From OCS155 cluster bacterium AG-349-E07 (GTDB lineage Bacteria > Actinomycetota > Acidimicrobiia > Actinomarinales > Actinomarinaceae), in NCBI GenBank assembly GCA_003281085.1, contig QCCZ01000001.1:99452-163451 (forward strand): a stretch of DNA of 64,000 nt, given 5' to 3'. The notes beneath the pieces are model-generated. The model made no database searches. It was not told the DNA's origin and worked only from the letters and a program-made list of their open reading frames with translations. Shown here in pieces: positions 19,786 through 29,814 of the stretch. The stretch's first letter is position 1, and each line of letters starts with the position of its first letter. The position numbers and the translations under genes are program-made.

Positions 19786-20466
19786 TTAAATCATTTCCTC
19801 AAGTTTAAAGATATCTTCTATAAAAGTTACCTTCATGTTTCTTGGATCGCCAGGAATTACTACTGCCTCAAGCTCAGAATATTTTGATACGCATTCTGTT
19901 GTGTCTACTGCTTGCCATTTATCTAATTTTGCTAATTCATAGGATTTCCAAAGTTCTGAAGCTGGAAATATCTGTGGAGTTTGTATCTCTACAATTGTTT
20001 CTTGGATTTCTTCTTTGTTAAATTCCTGTTTTTTCATAAGATTATCTGAGTTATACCCAGGAGCTGAAGCTCCATATTTTTTTGCAACATCAATAAGCTC
20101 GTCTAACAAATAACTAGGTAACAGAGGTCTTGCGCCATCATGAATTAAAATTAGGTCTTCTTCATTTATATCTGGTCTTTCTTTTAAATAAAGAAGTCCT
20201 TGATATTCACTTTCATGTCTTGTGTTCCCACCAATTGTTACACCAGATAATTTTTTGGGATTAACTAGCTGAATTACATTATTAGTTTTTTCCCAGTCTT
20301 CATCCCTTACAACCAAAATTATTGAGTCAACTTTATCGGAATTATCTAGTGTCTCTAGTGGCCAGGAAAGTGCTGGCTTACCGCCAATTGGAAAGTAAAC
20401 TTTGTTTTCTTCATTATTAAACCTGTCGCTAGAACCACCAGCTAGAAGAATAGAATGTACTTTCAA
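19786..20466 (-). CDS. IspD/TarI-family polyol-phosphate cytidylyltransferase
   Basis: N-terminal ILLAGGSSDRF and GGKP nucleotide-binding motifs; about 226 aa; 4-nt overlap with ptsI. Confidence 0.65.
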   Translation of the reverse strand: MKVHSILLAGGSSDRFNNEENKVYFPIGGKPALSWPLETLDNSDKVDSIILVVRDEDWEKTNNVIQLVNPKKLSGVTIGGNTRHESEYQGLLYLKERPDINEEDLILIHDGARPLLPSYLLDELIDVAKKYGASAPGYNSDNLMKKQEFNKEEIQETIVEIQTPQIFPASELWKSYELAKLDKWQAVDTTECVSKYSELEAVVIPGDPRNMKVTFIEDIFKLEEMI

Positions 20467-22094
20467 TTTATAATTTCTTGAATAATCGTTCTAACCTCAT
20501 CAGCATTATTCTGTTGTAAAATCTGATCTTTTATCTTTTGTTTGTTAATTTTTGAGTGTGTATCTAAAGCATCAAATACAAAAGGAGCTGCTGAAGGTGC
20601 CATACTAAATATCTTTAAACCTAAAATGTATAAAACAAATGCTGAGACGGGATCTGATGACATTTCACCACATACTGACACCTCGGTATTATTTGCATTA
20701 CAACAATCAATTACATTAGAAATTGCCCTAAGTACCGCTGGATGAAGTGGGTCTTGGTACGGGCTTAAATTATTGTTGCCACGGTCTGCAGCCATAATGT
20801 ACTGCGTCAAATCGTTGGTGCCAATAGATATGAAATCAACAATTTCTGAAAACTTATCAGCAATCAATGCTGACGAGGGTGTCTCTACCATGATACCGAG
20901 TGGGGGAACTTCAACATTTAAGTTATTCGCTATTTTAGCAACAAACTCTTTTGCTTTTATAAAATCTTCTATAGTAGAAATCATTGGAAACATAATTTTT
21001 AATCTTCCTAATGATTTAGAATTTAAGATTGATTTTATTTGTGTGTCAAATAATTCAATATCATCCAACAATAATCTAATACCCCTTACGCCAAGAAAGG
21101 GGTTTTCTTCTGAAGGTAAATTCAGATAATCTACTTGTTTGTCACCTCCAATATCAAGAGTTCTATAGACAATTATTCCAGTGAATTTTTGAGTTATTTG
21201 TTCTAGAACCCTTGTTTGTTCCTCAAGTGTTGGAATGGTTGTGTTGTCTAAATATATAAACTCGGACCTAAATAAGCCAATGGAGTTTAAAAAGGGATGA
21301 TTAAATGAAATAATCTCCTCTAAAGAACCAATATTAACTCTGAATTCTACTCCTAATTCTTCGTACTTTTTTTTAGTAAAATTATCAATCAACTTTGTTA
21401 TATTGCCTTGTTTTTCTTTGAATTCAGATATCTGATTCTCACTTGGAGAAATAACAATATTCCCCGTATCACCGTCAATTGTCATTAACTCGCCATCTGC
21501 AATATTGTCGAGCAAACTTTTTACGCCGATCACGCAAGGGATACCCAAATTCTTTGCAACGATAACAGCATGCGAAGTAAACCCTCCTTCTTTTAATATA
21601 ATTCCATTAACTTTACTCAAATCCATTGATGATGTATCTGCAGGTGTTAAGTCTTCAGCGATTAAAATAGTGTTTTCGTTTAAAGTAATTTCTCTTTCAA
21701 TGTTTTGCATATTGAAAACAAGGTGTTTTCCTACAGAGAGTATGTCTTCAGCTCGTTGCTTAAAATAAACATCTTCCATTGATTCAAATACACTTGCAGT
21801 GGACGTAAAAATACTATAAACCTCTTCGACTGAAGAATCTGAATTTTGATTTAGTTGAGCCACTATTTCAGGATCTTGAAGGATCAATATGTATGCATCT
21901 AAAATGTCAGCTTCATCATTTCTTTCTTTTGAGCGGAAATCAAGGATTTGAGAACTAAATTTTTCAATCAGTTGTTTGCTAGCCTCAACATGAGTGAGGA
22001 TTGCTTCTTTATCAAAATCTATCTCATTTTCATAAACAAATGATGAACCTATTGCAACACCTAATGAAGCACCTAGTCCCTTAACACTTGTCAT
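20463..22094 (-). CDS. ptsI: phosphoenolpyruvate--protein phosphotransferase (PTS enzyme I)
   Basis: phospho-His region GGFTSHAVIVAKNLGIPCVIG; GTNDLTQY; CGEM motifs. Confidence 0.85.
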   Translation of the reverse strand: MTSVKGLGASLGVAIGSSFVYENEIDFDKEAILTHVEASKQLIEKFSSQILDFRSKERNDEADILDAYILILQDPEIVAQLNQNSDSSVEEVYSIFTSTASVFESMEDVYFKQRAEDILSVGKHLVFNMQNIEREITLNENTILIAEDLTPADTSSMDLSKVNGIILKEGGFTSHAVIVAKNLGIPCVIGVKSLLDNIADGELMTIDGDTGNIVISPSENQISEFKEKQGNITKLIDNFTKKKYEELGVEFRVNIGSLEEIISFNHPFLNSIGLFRSEFIYLDNTTIPTLEEQTRVLEQITQKFTGIIVYRTLDIGGDKQVDYLNLPSEENPFLGVRGIRLLLDDIELFDTQIKSILNSKSLGRLKIMFPMISTIEDFIKAKEFVAKIANNLNVEVPPLGIMVETPSSALIADKFSEIVDFISIGTNDLTQYIMAADRGNNNLSPYQDPLHPAVLRAISNVIDCCNANNTEVSVCGEMSSDPVSAFVLYILGLKIFSMAPSAAPFVFDALDTHSKINKQKIKDQILQQNNADEVRTIIQEIIN

Positions 22095-22169
22095 ATATAC
22101 ATCAAACCTTATTTAAAAATTTACTTTTATAGTTTCTTATTACTCAAAAATATTATTACTTTAACTTAT

Positions 22170-22628
22170 ATGCAAATTTTAGTGCTTGAGATTAATACTT
22201 CTATTACTTTGTTTAATTTAAGTGACAAAAATGGGTCACTTAAATTCGAGAATTTAGGAGAAATACAAGACTCAAATCAATTAAATTTTAGTGACGAAAC
22301 AAAGTGCTTGATTATAGATTCAACAGCACCTGAAGAGCCAAAGCTTTCAATGTTACTTACAAATTTTATTAATTCGGAATACAAGATAACTACCAATAAT
22401 GTAACTAATGCTATTAAGAAAATAAACACAGATGGTCAGATAATTGAGCACCTTGATCGTGAAGAATACACAAGGTTGTCAACACCTTCAAAAGCAACTA
22501 TTGGAATGGTCAAGTCATACTTTAATAAATACGCATCATGGAGCTTTAATAAATTTATAGCTTTGCATAGTTCTTACTATGACCAATACCAGACTCTCGA
22601 GCCTGAAGTCTATTTAGAATCTAAATAG
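22170..22628 (+). CDS. hypothetical protein
   Basis: ORF only. Confidence 0.25.
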   Translation: MQILVLEINTSITLFNLSDKNGSLKFENLGEIQDSNQLNFSDETKCLIIDSTAPEEPKLSMLLTNFINSEYKITTNNVTNAIKKINTDGQIIEHLDREEYTRLSTPSKATIGMVKSYFNKYASWSFNKFIALHSSYYDQYQTLEPEVYLESK

Positions 22629-23440
22629 ACCTGGGTTACTCCAGCAATAATAACCAATCCAAAACCAAAATATTGAAAACCCTTTATTGTTTCATTTAAA
22701 ATCAAAGCTCCTATTACCACACCGGTTACAGGCTCTAAATATGTTATTGTTCCAATTGCTAATGGTGTAACAATTTTTACAACATACCAATAGGTAGCTA
22801 AACCTACTCCTGTTAGAAAGAACCCCAAAAATAAACTTACTAATAAATTATCAAGCATCCAATCAAATCCCGAAGCTGTAAATGGAGATAAACAAATAGC
22901 AGCAAAAATTACCTGTATAAATGCAACATTCAAGCCACCGTATTCTTTTGACTTTTCAGAACCGTAGATTATTAAAAATGCAAGTGTTATTGCACTTATG
23001 ATTCCATAAACAACACCGATTGGTGAGGCAATACTTGTTATATCTAGAAGAAAAAACAAACCCAAAAATCCAGATAAAATAATTAGGATTTGATATTTTG
23101 CAACCTTCTGACCTCTCAACATTTCGATGAATATTACAAAAATTGGATAAGAAAATACTAGCCCAATACCGACGGCAACACTATTTAGCTCAATAGACTT
23201 AAACATAGTTGACCAGTGAATTGCTAGTAAAGGCCCCAATATAAATCCAGAATTAACTAATTTTTTTGTTATACCTTTTTTCTTGAGAACGAATATTAGT
23301 AAAAAAATTGATCCTAAAAATGTTCTTATACCTACAAGCGATAGCGGGCTTATGTTTGATGTTCTAATAATTAATGGAATAGTGCCCCAAGAAATGGCTA
23401 AAAAACTTATTAAAAAATAGGCTCTAAGTTTGAGGTTCAA
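22610..23440 (-). CDS. EamA/DMT-superfamily transporter (10 TM)
   Basis: two-fold repeated 5-TM hydrophobic pattern; about 276 aa. Confidence 0.5.
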   Translation of the reverse strand: MNLKLRAYFLISFLAISWGTIPLIIRTSNISPLSLVGIRTFLGSIFLLIFVLKKKGITKKLVNSGFILGPLLAIHWSTMFKSIELNSVAVGIGLVFSYPIFVIFIEMLRGQKVAKYQILIILSGFLGLFFLLDITSIASPIGVVYGIISAITLAFLIIYGSEKSKEYGGLNVAFIQVIFAAICLSPFTASGFDWMLDNLLVSLFLGFFLTGVGLATYWYVVKIVTPLAIGTITYLEPVTGVVIGALILNETIKGFQYFGFGLVIIAGVTQVYLDSK

Positions 23441-23442
23441 AC

Positions 23443-24804
23443 TTACTGCTGTTCTTGTTTTGAGTAATTGCTAAATTGTGTAAATTCTTTACTAAAGAAA
23501 AGCTCTACTTTGCCGGTCTGTCCTGACCTATTCTTAACAATATTGACTTCAGCGACGCCTGGTATTTCAGTTCCAGGATTGTAATAATCATCCCTGTAGA
23601 GCATCATCACAATATCTGCATCTTGCTCTATTGCGCCTGATTCACGCAAGTCTCCCAATCTAGGTCTTTTATCTTCTCTAGCTTCCGCTGCTCTATTTAA
23701 CTGTGAAAGAGCAAGTATTGGAACTCTTAATTCACGTGCTAAGTTTTTCAAATTTCTACTGATTTCAGCAATTTCTTGTTGCCTATTATCTCCAGAAGAA
23801 CTCTGCATGAGCTGAAGATAGTCAACAACAATTAAATCTAAACCTTTTGATGATTTGAGTCTTCTCGACTTAGCTCTAATATCGGTAACTGTAATTACTG
23901 GAGCATCATCAAAATACAGTGGGAGACTGTTGACTTTTGATGCAGCTTCTACAACTCTTGACCATTTTTCTGGTCCCAGCTGTCCTTTTCTTGCATCTCC
24001 TGAAGTAACTTTTGCTTCAGAAAATAAAACTCTTTGTACCAGTTCCTCTTTTGTCATTTCAAGAGAGAAAAATGCAACAACCTTACCTTCTTTTGAAGCA
24101 TTTGTACTAATATTTAATCCGAGTGAGGATTTACCCATGCTGGGTCTAGATGCAAGAACTATTAGATTACCTTCTTGAAGCCCAGATAGGTAATAATCAA
24201 GATCGGAAAAATAAGTAGGAAGACCCGACAAGCCAGTACCACGATTTTCAATCTCTTCGATTCTCTCGATAGCACCCTCTAAAACATCATTAACTCCTAC
24301 TAATCCGTCTCCAATAGCATCATCAGAAGCAGTAAAAATAGTTTGTTCAGCTTCATCAAGAACACTGTGAATTTCTTTGTCCATAGCCATTGCTAGGAGT
24401 TCGATTCTTCCACTGGCTTTAAGTAACTTCCTTCTATGCGAATGCTCTAAAACTATTTCAATGTATCTTTCAAAGTTTGCTGAACTTGGAACATTGTCTA
24501 CTAGTCGTGCAATATATGATGCATTGATTGATTTAGAGTTTTTTGAATCTTTAAATATCAATTCAGAAACAGTAACTGTATCAATGGGTTTTCCTGTATC
24601 AAACAAACCCTTCATAGCTTCATAAACAGTTTGGTTTGAAGGGCTATAAAAGTCAGCTGGTCTGACTTCTTCCATTAATCTAGAGACTGCGTCTCTGGAT
24701 AGTAAAGCGCTTCCTAAAAGTGCCTCTTCGGCTTCAAGGCTGTGTGGTGGAACTTTGCCTAATGACTGAGTGTCTCTTGATGAAAGTGCTTCAGGACCAA
24801 CCAT
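23443..24804 (-). CDS. dnaB: replicative DNA helicase
   Basis: DnaB N-terminal domain plus RecA-like core with Walker A (SRPSMGKSSLGLN). Confidence 0.85.
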   Translation of the reverse strand: MVGPEALSSRDTQSLGKVPPHSLEAEEALLGSALLSRDAVSRLMEEVRPADFYSPSNQTVYEAMKGLFDTGKPIDTVTVSELIFKDSKNSKSINASYIARLVDNVPSSANFERYIEIVLEHSHRRKLLKASGRIELLAMAMDKEIHSVLDEAEQTIFTASDDAIGDGLVGVNDVLEGAIERIEEIENRGTGLSGLPTYFSDLDYYLSGLQEGNLIVLASRPSMGKSSLGLNISTNASKEGKVVAFFSLEMTKEELVQRVLFSEAKVTSGDARKGQLGPEKWSRVVEAASKVNSLPLYFDDAPVITVTDIRAKSRRLKSSKGLDLIVVDYLQLMQSSSGDNRQQEIAEISRNLKNLARELRVPILALSQLNRAAEAREDKRPRLGDLRESGAIEQDADIVMMLYRDDYYNPGTEIPGVAEVNIVKNRSGQTGKVELFFSKEFTQFSNYSKQEQQ

Positions 24805-25256
24805 TATTTTGTTTCAGGTATGATTTCTAGTGTTGTTTCAAATTTTGTATCTGGGCCTAAGACAATAAAAATCGAATGAAGACCTATTTCTTTGACTTGG
24901 TTTTCAACATCGATTTGTTCAGCCTCTAACCTAAATCCTGAGAATGTTTCTATTGCATCAACAATTTGTTCATTACTCACTGCTGCGTATAGCGTTCCCT
25001 CATCTGTTGTATTTTGAGATATTACGATTTTTGCATCAGCAAGGGCTGTTTTGATTGATTCAGCTAATTCATTGTTGGCTACTGCTTGTATTTCTCTTTT
25101 TTCTCTTAATGCTTCAGCGAACTTAAGGTTACTTGAATTAGCAACAACTGCCAGCTTTTTAGGCAAAAGATAATTTCTGGCATATCCTTTAGCTACATCG
25201 ACTACATCGCCCTTTCTTCCTAGAGACTTTACATCAGAGTTAAGAATAAGTTTCAT
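24804..25256 (-). CDS. rplI: 50S ribosomal protein L9
   Basis: MKLIL..V..LG..GDVV.V..GYARNYL N-terminal signature. Confidence 0.8.
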   Translation of the reverse strand: MKLILNSDVKSLGRKGDVVDVAKGYARNYLLPKKLAVVANSSNLKFAEALREKREIQAVANNELAESIKTALADAKIVISQNTTDEGTLYAAVSNEQIVDAIETFSGFRLEAEQIDVENQVKEIGLHSIFIVLGPDTKFETTLEIIPETK

Positions 25257-25540
25257 CTTCTGTTGTAGCTTTGCTTGTATGAACTTGTGGTCACATAGGG
25301 AAGTAAAGCTAGCTCTCTTGCAACTTTAATTAAACGGGCAACTTTTGCTTGTTCTTGTTTTGTAATTCCTGTTATCAAACTGGATCTAATTTTTCCTCTA
25401 TCAGAAATAAATTTTTCAAGTAACTTAACGTCTTTGTAAGTTGCGTTTTCTATTTGCTGCTTTGTAATTCTTCTTTGTTTAGGAGCCTCGTATTTTGAGG
25501 ATCTTCTTGTACCACTCTTTTTTCCGTTTGCCATAATCAA
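25253..25540 (-). CDS. rpsR: 30S ribosomal protein S18
   Basis: size, basic composition, conserved gene order. Confidence 0.8.
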   Translation of the reverse strand: MIMANGKKSGTRRSSKYEAPKQRRITKQQIENATYKDVKLLEKFISDRGKIRSSLITGITKQEQAKVARLIKVARELALLPYVTTSSYKQSYNRR

Positions 25541-25545
25541 TCTCC

Positions 25546-25971
25546 TTAAAACGGTGCTTCGTCTTCTTCGTAGTTTTCTCTAGCAACTGGTTCCTGTGAA
25601 GTTCCCATACCGCCTGATACCCTCTCAATATTTGCTTTTGCCCATCGTAAGCTAGGAGCTATTTCATCAATAGAGAGGTCAACAATTGAACGGTTTTGGC
25701 CATCTTGTGTTTCCCAAGACCTGTAATTTAATCTTCCGACTACAACTACTCTCATTCCTTTTTGTAATGAAGCAGCCGCGTTTTCTGCCATATCGTTCCA
25801 AACTGTTCCTTGAAAAAACATCGGATCTCCCTCTTCCCAAGATCCATCAGAGTTTCTTTTTCTTTTATTTTGTGCGATTCTAATTTCTGCAAGAGTTGCA
25901 CCACCGTCAGTAACCCTAATTTCAGGGTCTGCGGTTAAATTTCCTACTATTGTTACTGTGTTATCTACCAT
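25546..25971 (-). CDS. ssb: single-stranded DNA-binding protein
   Basis: OB-fold N-terminus ([14 protein letters not shown]) and acidic C-terminal tail DEAPF. Confidence 0.85.
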   Translation of the reverse strand: MVDNTVTIVGNLTADPEIRVTDGGATLAEIRIAQNKRKRNSDGSWEEGDPMFFQGTVWNDMAENAAASLQKGMRVVVVGRLNYRSWETQDGQNRSIVDLSIDEIAPSLRWAKANIERVSGGMGTSQEPVARENYEEDEAPF

Positions 25972-25983
25972 TTTTATATACCT

Positions 25984-26271
25984 CTAGCTTTCCATCTTTA
26001 AGACTTTGTGTCTAATGACATCATCAGATATTTTTAGCACTCTATCGAGTTCTGCGGGAACATTTGAAGGGCTTTCAAAGCTTGTTATCGTGTATATTCC
26101 CTCTTTGAATGTATCTATTTCGTAAGCTAGCTTTCTTCTTTGCCAAACTCCTTGTTCTGACACATTTCCACCACCATTTGAGATAACTTCTGAAATGGAT
26201 TTGTGAACTGATTCGACGATTGATTCGTCTGCTGTGGGTCTCACGATTGAGACCAAATCGTATTTATTCAT
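25984..26271 (-). CDS. rpsF: 30S ribosomal protein S6
   Basis: size and position in the rpsF-ssb-rpsR-rplI block. Confidence 0.75.
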   Translation of the reverse strand: MNKYDLVSIVRPTADESIVESVHKSISEVISNGGGNVSEQGVWQRRKLAYEIDTFKEGIYTITSFESPSNVPAELDRVLKISDDVIRHKVLKMES

Positions 26272-26342
26272 TTTTCTCCTATGGACACTTGTACGTGGCT
26301 TCTTTAGAAGCAGGTACTAATAAATTTAATACTAAATATGTA

Positions 26343-27206
26343 CTATGACAGAATTTTTTTAATTTCTTTTTTCCACTCTTTAAGTGAATCTTGAATATCA
26401 GAACCCATATCGTAGGAATGTTCTTCAGTTGGAAAGTTAAGGCTTTCTATGTCTTTTTTATATTCAAGTAGGGCTTTAACTGTTGCATCATACTGCTCAC
26501 CGTATCTTTTAACGAACTTAGCATCTATGTATTCTTTTGATTTCATGCCTATGAGATCATGGATCACAAGGACTTGCCCATCTGTATACTTTCCAGCACC
26601 TATGCCAATTGTTGGTATTGTTAAATTTTCTGAGATGGATTGAGCAACAACAGTAGGAACACCTTCTAGGACCATTGCAAAACATCCTGTTTCTTGCAAA
26701 AGAAGAGCTTCTTCGAAAAGTTTTTTAGCTAAATCTAGAGTTTTGCCTTGAATTTTGTAACCCCCCATTAAGTTTTTTGATTGTGGTGTTAAACCCAAAT
26801 GTCCCATCACTGGGATTTCAGCATCTATTAATGCCTTTATAACTTCTTTTCTTTTTTCTCCACCTTCTACTTTTACAGCATCTGCTTTGCCTTCTTGTAT
26901 GAATCTACCGGCATTTTTTAATGAATCAGAAATATTTATGTGATATGACAAATATGGCATATCGGCAACAACTAATGATGAGGGGTTGGCATTCGTGACC
27001 GCTTTTACATGATGCAACATTTCATCGACAGTGACAGAAAGTGTATCATCATGACCAAGAACAACCTGTGCTAGAGAGTCACCAACTAAAACGATATCAA
27101 TTTCTGCCTCTGAAACTGCTTTTGCTGTTGGATAATCGTAAGCAGTCATCATAGATATAACTCGATTGCCTTTTAAATTATTAATATAAGGTACTGTTTT
27201 TTTCAT
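26343..27206 (-). CDS. panB: 3-methyl-2-oxobutanoate hydroxymethyltransferase
   Basis: ISMMTAYDYPTAK..VLVGDSLAQVVLGHDDTLSVTVDEM matches the PanB consensus. Confidence 0.85.
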   Translation of the reverse strand: MKKTVPYINNLKGNRVISMMTAYDYPTAKAVSEAEIDIVLVGDSLAQVVLGHDDTLSVTVDEMLHHVKAVTNANPSSLVVADMPYLSYHINISDSLKNAGRFIQEGKADAVKVEGGEKRKEVIKALIDAEIPVMGHLGLTPQSKNLMGGYKIQGKTLDLAKKLFEEALLLQETGCFAMVLEGVPTVVAQSISENLTIPTIGIGAGKYTDGQVLVIHDLIGMKSKEYIDAKFVKRYGEQYDATVKALLEYKKDIESLNFPTEEHSYDMGSDIQDSLKEWKKEIKKILS

Positions 27207-27326
27207 TTTCCTCTCTCCGCTATATAAGTCGAAGGATTCATCACTATTCTATTAATATTTTATTATTAAACAAGATACTTATTGATATGATTTATTATTT
27301 CTAGCCATTGCCAATAACATCAATAT

Positions 27327-27932
27327 GTGAGTTATTTAAAATATTTAACCTTATTAATATTTATATCATGCTCAGTAACTAGCTCGGGAGTTGTAATGAA
27401 TGACAATGGATACGAAAAAGCTTATTTTGCCGGTGGTTGTTTTTGGTGTATGGAGCCTCCATTTGAGGCAATGGAAGGTGTAATAGAAGCTACATCAGGA
27501 TATATGGGTGGTTCTATAGAAAATCCTACATACGAAGAAGTCACTACAGGTGAAACTGGACATGCCGAAGTTGTAGAAGTCTTGTTTGACCCAACAATTG
27601 TTACATATGAAGAATTACTAGAAGTGTTCTGGAGAAATATTGACCCAACAGCTTTAAATTACCAATTTGCAGATGTTGGGTCGCAATATAGGACAGAGAT
27701 TTTTACAGTTGGAAGTGAACAGAAAGATTTAGCTGAACAGTCAAAAGTCGAATTAGAAAATTCTGGTAAATTTGATAAGCCAATTGTTACTGCAATTTCA
27801 GAAGCGCCTGCATTTTATATTGCTGAAGAATATCACCAGGATTTTTATAAAAAACAAAGTATGCGCTATCAAATGTACGCAAAAGCAAGTGGAAGAAAAG
27901 GGTTTCTCGAAGACACTTGGGGAGAAGACTAA
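27327..27932 (+). CDS. msrA: peptide methionine sulfoxide reductase A with N-terminal signal peptide
   Basis: GGCFWCMEP active-site motif; hydrophobic N-terminus. Confidence 0.85.
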   Translation: MSYLKYLTLLIFISCSVTSSGVVMNDNGYEKAYFAGGCFWCMEPPFEAMEGVIEATSGYMGGSIENPTYEEVTTGETGHAEVVEVLFDPTIVTYEELLEVFWRNIDPTALNYQFADVGSQYRTEIFTVGSEQKDLAEQSKVELENSGKFDKPIVTAISEAPAFYIAEEYHQDFYKKQSMRYQMYAKASGRKGFLEDTWGED

Positions 27933-28894
27933 TACATAATTGTTTTAGTTAAGTGATGAGGTCTCTCATCGGCATGAAAGTCGGTCCAAATTTTGAAATC
28001 TAATTGTGGAATGATAATTTTTTCTTCCTCTTTTTTATAATTATTTATAAGTTCTGTCAATTTTGCTGTTGCATATATTGAAGTAGATCTGATTTCAATT
28101 TCCTCGGTAGAATCTTTATCAATAAGAATTCCGGAATCTATTTTTTCCTTTAGTTCAGATGAATATTTAACAATTCCAAAACTCTCTAATGCAACTGGAA
28201 TAATATAATCAGCAAATGCTGTCATATTCTCCATATCCTCTATATAAAAATATCTTTTTGAAAGCTCTCTGTGAATTCCCCAGAATGCTAGTTGCGCCAA
28301 CTTAAGAAAATATACTTTTTCATTTTCAAAAATCGAATGGTCATCAAACCTTTTAAAATCTCTTACTAGTCTTTCAACTAACCCTTTTCCATTGTCATAA
28401 AGTTTTTTGGGTCCATCGTCTATGAAATTTATCCAATCACCACCATATTTTGTAACTAAAATATCTCCAACATTATTAAGTATTTTTACTTTTTCATCAG
28501 CCATAGGCATTACAATATTCCCAGTAAAAAGTGTCTTGAATTCTTTTAAATTCATATCCCTCATAAAGCGACCTTGGGTAAGAGGAATTCCTTGGTCTAA
28601 AGCCTTATCTATTTGATAAACCATTGCATCCGTATCTGAATAATTTTCAATTTTATATTTCACAGAAGTCAAAAAATCAGTAAAGACAAAATTGAGAGTG
28701 TTTATTAACATTGTTTTTCTTATATATTCTTTTGGAACAGTATTTGTATTTCCTTCATAATTAATTGAAAAACTATCTTCACTTAATTCAGCTGCTACTT
28801 CGTGTAATTTATCTATATCTATTTCTAGACAAGAAAGCTTTGGAATGACTTTTGAAACTGATGATAAAACCTGAGATTCCCAATTAATTTCCAT
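27929..28894 (-). CDS. hypothetical protein, possibly queuosine-salvage family (DUF2419/Qng1-like)
   Basis: size about 320 aa and C-terminal W.DFH..ERPHHLTKT segment reminiscent of that family; weak. Confidence 0.3.
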   Translation of the reverse strand: MEINWESQVLSSVSKVIPKLSCLEIDIDKLHEVAAELSEDSFSINYEGNTNTVPKEYIRKTMLINTLNFVFTDFLTSVKYKIENYSDTDAMVYQIDKALDQGIPLTQGRFMRDMNLKEFKTLFTGNIVMPMADEKVKILNNVGDILVTKYGGDWINFIDDGPKKLYDNGKGLVERLVRDFKRFDDHSIFENEKVYFLKLAQLAFWGIHRELSKRYFYIEDMENMTAFADYIIPVALESFGIVKYSSELKEKIDSGILIDKDSTEEIEIRSTSIYATAKLTELINNYKKEEEKIIIPQLDFKIWTDFHADERPHHLTKTIMY

Positions 28895-28944
28895 GTAAAA
28901 ATCCTAATAGATTTTAAGAAAATAATTTTTTATACTTTTAGATT

Positions 28945-29814
28945 ATGAAACCAAAAGTCTGTGTAGTTGGAAGTGCAAATATTGATCAAGTTTCCTATGT
29001 AAAAAGAACACCTAATGATGGAGAGACAGTTTTTGGCGACTCTTATCAAATGGGTTTTGGTGGAAAAGGAGCGAACCAAGCGGTGATGGCTGGAATCTTA
29101 GGTGCAGAAGTTTATGTTATTACATGTCTTGGTAGTGACGTCTATAGAGATATGACGATTGAGAATTTTAAAAACAATGATGTAATAACTGATTATATTC
29201 AGACAGTTGATGGATCTAGTGGTGTTGCTCCTATTTGGGTCGATGAATCTGGACAAAACAGAATTATTGTAATACCTGGAGCAAATGATTTAATAGATGG
29301 TTCTTTGGCTATAGAAGCATTAGAAAAAATTGGTAAACCCGATGTCCTGGTTGGACAGTTTGAAATACCAATGAATGTAAATGAACAAGTTTTTTCATAT
29401 GCATACAAAAATGGTGTCAAGACTGTACTTAACCCAGCTCCAGCAAATAAGCCCTCTGACATTCTGCTCCAAAACACGTCTTGGTTTATACCTAACGAAA
29501 TTGAATTTGAGGAAATTTATGGTGATATATTTAATGAAAATAATTTACTTTTATTTGCAAAAAATGTTGATACTAATGTTGTGGTAACTTTAGGTGAAAA
29601 AGGTTGCGCTTACATAGAAAATAATTCCGTAAAAATAATAAAAGCTGATTCAGTCAAAGCAATAGATACAACCGGTGCAGGTGACGCTTTTGTAGGTGCT
29701 TTCTCATTTGCATTAGCAAGTAAATTAGACATTGAAGAATGTCTCAAGTTAGCATTGAAAAAAGCAACTGACTCGGTTACAAAAAAAGGTACTCAAAGTT
29801 CTTATAAAAACTAA
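28945..29814 (+). CDS. rbsK: ribokinase-family sugar/nucleoside kinase
   Basis: GSANIDQ, GGKGANQA and DTTGAGDAFVGAF motifs. Confidence 0.8.
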   Translation: MKPKVCVVGSANIDQVSYVKRTPNDGETVFGDSYQMGFGGKGANQAVMAGILGAEVYVITCLGSDVYRDMTIENFKNNDVITDYIQTVDGSSGVAPIWVDESGQNRIIVIPGANDLIDGSLAIEALEKIGKPDVLVGQFEIPMNVNEQVFSYAYKNGVKTVLNPAPANKPSDILLQNTSWFIPNEIEFEEIYGDIFNENNLLLFAKNVDTNVVVTLGEKGCAYIENNSVKIIKADSVKAIDTTGAGDAFVGAFSFALASKLDIEECLKLALKKATDSVTKKGTQSSYKN

